Assembly (NCBI GenBank): GCA_045863335.1 | Contig: BTVY01000066.1 | Span: 6,100-27,144 of the forward strand | Length of the DNA: 21,045 nt | Direction of reading: 5' to 3' | DNA from: Candidatus Hydrogenedentota bacterium | Lineage (GTDB): Bacteria; Hydrogenedentota; Hydrogenedentia; Hydrogenedentales; SLHB01 | Shown: positions 14,955-21,045 of the stretch, piece by piece | Layout: the number at the start of each line of letters is the position of its first letter | Position numbering within the stretch: the first letter of the stretch is position 1 | Translations under genes and position numbers: made by a program | The notes under the pieces: model-generated | What the model was told of the DNA's origin: nothing | Seen by the model: only the letters and a program-made list of their open reading frames with translations | Database searches by the model: none

Positions 14955-16748
14955 TTGGATGTGAGGGCTGATAACTCGAAGCAATCGCTTCGGCGCACTT
15001 TTGCCGTGCTCCTGATTGGCATTACGCTGGGTATCGCCATGCGTTGGGTATTTCCTGCCGCAGATCCGCCCCTGTCGCGTCAGACCGGCGCGTACTGGTG
15101 GGACGAGGTCTGGTCCATCGGCGCGCGAAACGGCGCGTTGTTCGGCTCCTGGCAGCAGGACGAGTACAACCCGTGGACGGTTTGTCCGCTCCACACGGCG
15201 CTCGTGCAGGGATTTCTGGAACTCTTCGGCGTGAATGCCTTCGGGCTCCGATTCCTGGCCATGGCCGGCGGGACTCTTTCCATTGCGTTGGCGTTTCTGC
15301 AGACTCGCTTGCTGGGATTATCGGTCCGCGCCGGACTCATGGGTGCGTTTTTTGTAGCCACATCGTGGACCCTCGTCGGGTTCAGCCGGAGCATGACGCT
15401 CGAACCGTCGATCATGCTGTTCGTGCACCTGTCCAGCACATTGGTTCTATTGGGCGAACGGAGCGGCCGGTTCCGCCTTGCGTGGTACGCCTTGGCCGGG
15501 GCCGCAGGCGGATGCGCAGTTCTCTGCAAGACCTCCGCCGCGGTGTACGTGCTGACCATGTCATTGTTTCTCGTGGCGGGACCGCTCGCGAACGACGGCC
15601 TGCACCGGTGGCGCTGGCGTATCACGCGGACGCTTGTGTTCGGCGTTGCGTCCCTGGCCGCCTTTGGCGCAGGGTTTCTCCTCTGGACGCGCGAGTGGAG
15701 AGACACCTTCGTCAGCATCGCCTTCGACACGATGCTGTATGGCCGCGCGGGAACGACCCTCGGCATGCGCGTCTACAAGGCGGTCACGTGGGCGGATTCC
15801 CAGGCATTCCTGTCGGCCCCGGCGCTGATTGTCGCGGTACTGCTTGTGCTTCCCTTGCTTGTACGCGTAGCCCGCACGCGTTTAGAAACAGTTTCCTCCA
15901 TTCAGCGATTCGGATTCTGGCTCGCGCTGATTAACGTCATTCTCGGTATCGCGGTCCTCATCAATGTAGACGTTCCCGCGCGGCGAGTGGTTTACCTGAA
16001 CCTCTTTCTCGCGCTCCTCGCCGCCATTGCCGTGGATTGGCTTCGTCAGCGCGAAGATGATCTCGCCAACCCGGCACCATCGCGTGTCAATGCCCTATGG
16101 ACGGTCTGCGCATTCGTGGTCGCCGGTCTCGTCCTGTCCGGCTGGCTCGTCTCACCGCACGGCGGCATGCTCTCGTTCGTCAATCCCGCGCTTGCATCGC
16201 GCATTCTGTTCACCATGCAGTTGAAGATTGCCGACAAAGCCGCGTGGCTGCTCCTTGGTGTGGCGATCGCCGCCGCGTTGTACCGATGGCGCGAAGCCCT
16301 ATGGCAACGTGCTGGGCAGATCGTCTCGTATGCGACCGTCGCGCAACTCGCGCTCTTCCTGATAGCGTCCGGGTTATGGATCGCGCGCTTGTCGTATACC
16401 GTGCAAGATGCGTCGATGCGGATCGAGGAAATCACCGGCCGCGAATCCTACGTGCTCGGCGGCGACGCGTCCGCCCTCGGGTTCAACAACACGACGCATC
16501 CATTATTCTGGACACCCAAGGCCATTCCCTATACCAACGTCGACGTAGACCTCATCACCCAGAAGTACGATCCACAATACCTCGCGATCTCCGAACTCAT
16601 GTGGAACGAGATCAACGCCGGTCTGTACGGCGGCCAACCCTACGCCCAAACGTTCCAACACGAAGTTGCCCGCCTGCCGCTCTACGAGATCCACGAATCG
16701 AAAGACCTCCACGGAGACATTCTAATTCTGAAGCGATCTCCCCGGTAG
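14955..16748 (+). CDS. Multi-TM GT-C fold glycosyltransferase (ArnT/PMT-like)
   Basis: TM1 followed by a loop with 'WWDE', then 'PLH', 'GLRFL', 'SRSMTLE', 'LCK'; more than ten hydrophobic segments and a soluble C-terminal domain. Start uncertain (TTG 14955 after GAGG). Confidence 0.75.
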   Translation: MDVRADNSKQSLRRTFAVLLIGITLGIAMRWVFPAADPPLSRQTGAYWWDEVWSIGARNGALFGSWQQDEYNPWTVCPLHTALVQGFLELFGVNAFGLRFLAMAGGTLSIALAFLQTRLLGLSVRAGLMGAFFVATSWTLVGFSRSMTLEPSIMLFVHLSSTLVLLGERSGRFRLAWYALAGAAGGCAVLCKTSAAVYVLTMSLFLVAGPLANDGLHRWRWRITRTLVFGVASLAAFGAGFLLWTREWRDTFVSIAFDTMLYGRAGTTLGMRVYKAVTWADSQAFLSAPALIVAVLLVLPLLVRVARTRLETVSSIQRFGFWLALINVILGIAVLINVDVPARRVVYLNLFLALLAAIAVDWLRQREDDLANPAPSRVNALWTVCAFVVAGLVLSGWLVSPHGGMLSFVNPALASRILFTMQLKIADKAAWLLLGVAIAAALYRWREALWQRAGQIVSYATVAQLALFLIASGLWIARLSYTVQDASMRIEEITGRESYVLGGDASALGFNNTTHPLFWTPKAIPYTNVDVDLITQKYDPQYLAISELMWNEINAGLYGGQPYAQTFQHEVARLPLYEIHESKDLHGDILILKRSPR

Positions 16749-16918
16749 GTCGGGAATGATTCCCGACCAGTCCGTTCTCGGCGAATCCGTCCGAGCCATT
16801 GACCCGATTCAGCTCCACGCCTCCACTCAATCACTCCTCCATTTTCAAGCTTCACTTGCAGCGCTCTTCTGCACTCGGCGACCGAGAACGTCCTGGACGG
16901 GAAACATTCCCGACCTGC
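16745..16918. repeat. GTAG-type REP doublet, family B, copy 1
   Basis: GTAGGTCGGGAATGATTCCCGACCAGTCCGTTCTCGG ... CCGAGAACGTCCTGGACGGGAAACATTCCCGACCTGC (degenerate inverted arm). It fills almost the entire convergent intergenic gap. Confidence 0.9.
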
Positions 16919-16920
16919 GT

Positions 16921-18708
16921 TTACAACCCGAGCGCGTCGAAGACGAGTTCTTGCACGGAGGTCAGACCCTCAAAAATCGTCGGTGGCACGGGCGGTTCGG
17001 GATCCGGCACGACAGTGACCTGGTCCGGCGCGCTGAGCCATTGTCCCGTTGGAAACGTGACCTTCGACCCTGGATGAATCGTCACGATAAACGGATTCGT
17101 CGTAGGCCGCAGATACGGTGTGTCTTCCGTCGACAGCGTGATACGCAACCGGTGGCCCGCTTCGAAGGTATAGAACATGCCGAAGTTCTCGAACGTCGTC
17201 GTATGCAACGGCGATGCCACAAGGGGCGCAGAGTTCACGGGCTCGCTGAAAGTCCCGCGCGAAATGAGCGTCGCGTTCCCCTGAGGATCCACGTCCCAGA
17301 TTTTCGGATTGACCTGAAACGCCGCGAGCAACCCAGGTTCGCCCACGGGTAACTGGTGGATGCTGATCACCTTGAGACTGAACGTCGGGATGCCCGCGAT
17401 GTCAATCGCGTTCGAACTCGTGAACGGCGCCGTTTCAAAGGTCAACACGCCGGGAATCTGCGACAGGTTCGGCAGTGGCAGGCCCAGCCCCAACAACAAC
17501 TCGCTCGTCACCGGTTCGTCGAGATAGCCCGAGCCCGCGTAGGTGTTGATCATGGGTAACGGCAGCGTGAGCAAGGGAAGCGGGGGAGTAGTGGACAAGG
17601 TGCCGCCGGTGGCCGATGTGGCTTTCAGGTAGTACGTGCGGCTCGGCGTGTTGATTTCGTCGGCGTAGCGCACCGTGCCGTCCCAGTGGCTGTTGAAATA
17701 ACCCACGTTCGCGACTTCGATGTCCGACGTTGCGATCAACGGGGTCTCCGATTCCGGCGCGCCTTTGAGCTGCCGGTTCAGCCACTGCAATACCTGATCG
17801 TAAAGCCGCTCGATCTCTTCGCCGTCCCCGACGGCGGGCGGGTGCCCGATGCCGCCGAGGTACAGCCGCGTTTCGATGCCGCGCGAGGTGAGTTCCTGAA
17901 ACGCTTGCATCGCCGTGTTCGCCGGGAACAGGCTGTCGTTGATTCCCTGGATGATGAACACGGGGATATCGACGTCATCCCAGTGGCCGGTCATGCTGCG
18001 CGCCGTCAGTTCCGATTCCACGTGCTGCATGTTCACGCCGGTCACCATCTCGAGCACGATCTGATGGAAGGTGTTCGAATAGTTCTGCTCTTCCGGCACG
18101 AAACCCGTCGCGTAGAACCCGACCGGCCAGACCATCATCGTCACGTCGTAGGGCACCATCGCGTCGTACAGGTTCGTTGCCGTGGCGATGGGCACGACCG
18201 TCCGCACGGCGGGATGCCCGGACCGCGCGAGCGCCCACGCATGCAGTCCGCCGTAGCTCGCGCCGACCTGCCCGATGGAATCCGGCAGCACCGCGCCAGC
18301 GACGAGCGCATTCCCGGGATCGATAAGCCAATCGACCGCGTCGATGAGGTCTTGCTGCTCCTTCGGCCCAAGCAGGTCGACCTGCCCCGGCGTGTCCCCG
18401 AATCCCCGCGACGTGTACGACAGCACGACGTACCCGTTGCGCGCGAGCCGTTCGCGGATGGACCGATCGTTCCCCTTGTGCCCGCCGAACCCGTGGTTCC
18501 AGATGACCCCTGGCACCGCGTTCGGGAGATCGGGAATGATGACTTCGGCATCGAGCGATACCGGATTGCCGCTGTCGTCCGGCGAGGTCGCCGGAATCGA
18601 CGTGACGATCGTCTGAATCGACACCTGCGCCGAGGCCACCGCCCCGGCCAACGCCACGATCGCTACCCCTGCAAACTTCGACCAAAACACCCGAGACTTC
18701 TTGTACAT
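16921..18708 (-). CDS. Secreted CocE/NonD (peptidase S15-like) alpha/beta hydrolase
   Basis: Signal peptide; 'HGFGG', 'GYVVLSYTSRGFG', nucleophile 'GASYGG', 'QGINDSLF', 'GIGH'; C-terminal 'FEAGHRLRITLS' PepX_C-like domain. ATG 18708 follows GAGG. Confidence 0.88.
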   Translation of the reverse strand: MYKKSRVFWSKFAGVAIVALAGAVASAQVSIQTIVTSIPATSPDDSGNPVSLDAEVIIPDLPNAVPGVIWNHGFGGHKGNDRSIRERLARNGYVVLSYTSRGFGDTPGQVDLLGPKEQQDLIDAVDWLIDPGNALVAGAVLPDSIGQVGASYGGLHAWALARSGHPAVRTVVPIATATNLYDAMVPYDVTMMVWPVGFYATGFVPEEQNYSNTFHQIVLEMVTGVNMQHVESELTARSMTGHWDDVDIPVFIIQGINDSLFPANTAMQAFQELTSRGIETRLYLGGIGHPPAVGDGEEIERLYDQVLQWLNRQLKGAPESETPLIATSDIEVANVGYFNSHWDGTVRYADEINTPSRTYYLKATSATGGTLSTTPPLPLLTLPLPMINTYAGSGYLDEPVTSELLLGLGLPLPNLSQIPGVLTFETAPFTSSNAIDIAGIPTFSLKVISIHQLPVGEPGLLAAFQVNPKIWDVDPQGNATLISRGTFSEPVNSAPLVASPLHTTTFENFGMFYTFEAGHRLRITLSTEDTPYLRPTTNPFIVTIHPGSKVTFPTGQWLSAPDQVTVVPDPEPPVPPTIFEGLTSVQELVFDALGL

Positions 18709-18822
18709 AGCTTTTTCCTCATGGGTTGCCAAACCACTTCGGAACTACGCAAGTAAGTCTCCACGCAACAGACCCCTCTCGGCGGTCTCAGTATAACCGG
18801 AACTCCCCGATTTGACCACCCC

Positions 18823-18998
18823 GTAGGCCGGGAATGATTCCCGGCCAGCCCCGTTCTCGACCAACCGCGCGCTGTCCGGAGGCCTGGAGTTGTAGTGAGA
18901 CTGCGCCCACCGCTTACTGATGCTTTCTGCTGATTCGCAGCCAAGGGTCATGACTCGGTGATCGAGAATCTCCTGGTCGGGAATCATTCCCGACCTAC
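18823..18998. repeat. GTAG-type REP doublet, family B, copy 2
   Basis: GTAGGCCGGGAATGATTCCCGGCCAGCCCCGTTCTCGACCAACCG ... CGGTGATCGAGAATCTCCTGGTCGGGAATCATTCCCGACCTAC. Confidence 0.92.
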
Positions 18999-19194
18999 TT
19001 GGGGGGGCTCCCAATCGAAGTAGAATTCCGAGCGCGGGCGCGATAGACTTGGCCGCGGGGGAATCCGAGCATCGAAAGGGGGGTGCCGTTACGTTCCGCA
19101 GTTCCGCGCCGGGGGATATCGCGTGCCGCGCTGACGTCGCCGGCGTTTCATGCGCCGCGCATGTGACCTCGGCCACGTTCGGGGGCGGCTCGTC

Positions 19195-20262
19195 ATGGTG
19201 ACGGCAAGCCCACTCTTCGGAACCCTGCTGCACGCCTTCGGCGCCATGGCGGCCGCGCTCTGTTACACGCCGCAACAGAAGCTGCGGGGCTGGTCGTGGC
19301 AGACGTACTGGCTGGCCCAGGCCTTTGTCTGCTGGTTCGCCCTGCCCTTCATCGGCGCGTACCTGACCATTCCCCGGCTCGGCGACGTGCTGCACGCCGC
19401 GCCCAAGAGCGCCATGCTTATCACCTTCGTGCTGGGCGTCGTCTACGGCGTCGGCGGCACGGCCTTCGGTCTCGCCATTCGCTACATCGGGTATTCGCTG
19501 ACCTACGCGATCGCCATCGGTATTTCCTGCGTCCTCGGCACGCTGACCGGACCGCTCATCAGCGGCGCGTTGCGCGAACTGCTCACGAAGACCGGGTCCG
19601 GCTGGGTCATGAGCGGCATCTTCATCGGCGTCTTCGGCACGCTCCTCTGCGGTTGGGCGGGCCGGCTCAAGGAGCGGGAGCTTGAAACCGACACCGCCGC
19701 CGCGCAGACCTTCTCGCTCTCGAAAGGTCTGCTGCTGTGCCTCGTGGCGGGTGTCCTGTCGGCGATCTACGGCATCGCCGTGAACGACACGGGACGCCCC
19801 ATCGCCGATACGGCGGCGCAGTTCGGCGCCGGGCATTGGCAGACGAATGTCGTGTACATCTTCTCCAACAGCGGCGCCTTCCTGACGACGGCGCTCTACA
19901 CGCTCTGGCTGGGCCGCCGCGAGAAGACCTTCGGCGAATTCCGGCGCGTGGGCGAAGCGGCGCAAGGCGCGCTCCCGGTGAACTACGCCATGGCCCTGCT
20001 CACCGGATGCCTCTGGTACTCCCAGTTCCTGTTCTACGGACTCGGCCACGTCCGCATGGGCCAGTTCCAATTCTCCAGTTGGGCCATTCACATGATCATG
20101 CTGATCCTCTTCAGCAGCCTCACCGGAATCGTCCTCCGCGAATGGCACGGCCGCAGGAGATTAACCAAAGCTCTGATCACCCTCGCGTTCATTGTCCTCG
20201 TCTTCTCCGTCATCATCCTCACCTACGGCAACTACCTCGGCGAACAACCCGCAACGCCCTGA
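19195..20262 (+). CDS. rhaT: L-rhamnose/H+ symporter family protein (RhaT, DMT superfamily)
   Basis: 'CYTPQQKLRGWSWQTYW', 'YGVGGTAFGLAIRYIGYSL', 'KGLLLCLVAGVLSA', 'LWYSQFLFYG', 'SWAIHM', 'LREW'; about 10 TM segments. Confidence 0.88.
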   Translation: MVTASPLFGTLLHAFGAMAAALCYTPQQKLRGWSWQTYWLAQAFVCWFALPFIGAYLTIPRLGDVLHAAPKSAMLITFVLGVVYGVGGTAFGLAIRYIGYSLTYAIAIGISCVLGTLTGPLISGALRELLTKTGSGWVMSGIFIGVFGTLLCGWAGRLKERELETDTAAAQTFSLSKGLLLCLVAGVLSAIYGIAVNDTGRPIADTAAQFGAGHWQTNVVYIFSNSGAFLTTALYTLWLGRREKTFGEFRRVGEAAQGALPVNYAMALLTGCLWYSQFLFYGLGHVRMGQFQFSSWAIHMIMLILFSSLTGIVLREWHGRRRLTKALITLAFIVLVFSVIILTYGNYLGEQPATP

Positions 20263-20272
20263 GCCGCCGCCC

Positions 20273-20318
20273 GTAGGTCGGGAATGATTCCCGACCAGTC
20301 CCATTCTCGACCAACCGC
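20273..20318 (+). repeat. GTAG-type REP, family B, singlet
   Basis: GTAGGTCGGGAATGATTCCCGACCAGTCCCATTCTCGACCAACCGC, 10 bp after the rhaT stop; no inverted partner recognised. Confidence 0.9.
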
Positions 20319-20484
20319 ATGCGAGACGGAAGCACGGAGTCGCACGGAAATTGCGTCCACCGCCTGCCAATGTTAACTCCGTACTGAGCCACCACGCTTG
20401 GGCGTAGTGAGAATTTCTCCGGGGCTCTGCCGTTCCGTCGTGCGTCGAGTGCGCTGGATCACGGATCGAGATGAGAAAGAAGAA

Positions 20485-20524
20485 GAACATCCCCCTTGAT
20501 CCCCCTTCAAAGGGGTGCAGTTCT
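20485..20524. repeat. CCCCCTT/AAGGGG element arm
   Basis: GAACATCCCCCTTGATCCCCCTTCAAAGGGGTGCAGTTCT; the first 24 nt are identical to 2392-2415. Confidence 0.92.
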
Positions 20525-20594
20525 GACAATACCGGTCATGCACTCCGAAAACGGCAATACAGTTCAAGGACTTGACCAATTTCTGCAGCCACCA

Positions 20595-20807
20595 TGGGTC
20601 GGGCTTTCAGCCCTATGGACAAAAGACACTCCCTTTCCTGGGCCTGCGGCCCAGGCTGGTATTGAACGGGCCGTTGGCCCTCAAGAAGGTTTCGTTTTTG
20701 ACATGAGCGAAATGACGTTTGCGCCAACGGCGCGCTCTATACCAGCATGGGGCAACGCCCCATGAAAACGGGGATCCCTGAAGATAAAGGGCTGAAAGTC
20801 CGATCTA
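20595..20807. repeat. Multi-hairpin inverted-repeat element (clustered REP-like, family C)
   Basis: Outer arms TGGGTCGGGCTTTCAGCCCT / AGGGCTGAAAGTCCGATCTA; inner arms CCTGGGCCTGCGGCCCAGGCTGGTATTGAACGGGCCGTTGGCCC (20637-20680) / GCGCCAACGGCGCGCTCTATACCAGCATGGGGCAACGCCCCATG (20721-20764). Confidence 0.88.
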
Positions 20808-20870
20808 CGCTACACCGACAGAAGGGTCGGCATGCGCCTTGACGCTGCGTGCATTTCGAGCGGTACTGCA

Positions 20871-21016
20871 AGAACTGCACCCCTTCAAAGGGGGAAAAAC
20901 ACCCAGCACTTCGTGGTGTGTTGAGGGAGGGAGCGTCTGGAATTCGGAGCAGATTACGCTGAGTATGCGCATAACATTGGTTGCGCACAATTCCCCCTTT
21001 GAAGGGGTGCAGATCT
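20871..21016. repeat. 146-bp palindromic element, CCCCCTT/AAGGGG family
   Basis: AGAACTGCACCCCTTCAAAGGGGGAA (20871-20896) and TTCCCCCTTTGAAGGGGTGCAGATCT (20991-21016), 25/26 complementary. Confidence 0.92.
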
Positions 21017-21045
21017 GGGAATACCGCGAATTCTGTAATAAATAA

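Noticed and set aside
18530-18541. TCGGGAATGAT match to REP family B inside the CocE/NonD gene
   Set aside because: Only half of the stem, no GTAG foot, and it lies in ordinary coding sequence (IIPD); likely chance.
18745-20148. 467-aa minus-strand ORF (also the long antisense ORFs 2540-3547, 10310-11488 and 17686-18756)
   Set aside because: They are shadows of well-supported genes on the opposite strand.
16745-20318. Recurrent ~28-45 bp palindromic repeat considered as a CRISPR repeat
   Set aside because: Copies are kilobases apart, occur as inverted pairs, have no regular spacers, and there are no cas genes; the REP interpretation fits better.
20320-21045. Short ORFs in the terminal region, and a possible tRNA/ncRNA
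   Set aside because: The ORFs are built from repeat arms; no cloverleaf, T-loop or known riboswitch motif was recognised.

Overview
GC-rich bacterial chromosomal window. The gene and repeat style suggests an uncultured PVC-like or Ca. Hydrogenedentota-like lineage, but this is inference only. Genes in order: a BacNav-type voltage-gated ion channel; a sigma70-driven DtxR/MntR regulator plus troABCD-type Mn/Zn/Fe ABC operon whose first permease carries a second, fused DtxR-like domain; a frameshifted four-helix-bundle gene bracketed by inverted heptamer arrays; an HtrA-like protease with four PDZ domains followed by a catalytically dead trypsin-fold paralog and an Asp-box (sialidase-like) protein; a pterin operon (folM-like SDR, folB/folX, folK, folE); a secreted alpha/beta hydrolase; a GT-C (ArnT/PMT-like) membrane glycosyltransferase; a CocE/NonD (S15) hydrolase; and an RhaT-family symporter. 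No rRNA, tRNA, CRISPR array or transposase was seen. The most unusual aspect is non-coding: most larger intergenic spaces hold distinct families of palindromic or short tandem repeats (GTAG-type REP doublets, CCCCCTT/AAGGGGG elements, 6/7/9-mer arrays). One element sits in-frame in the 5' end of troA, one supplies a stop codon, and one pair frames a small gene like the ends of a transposase-less cassette.
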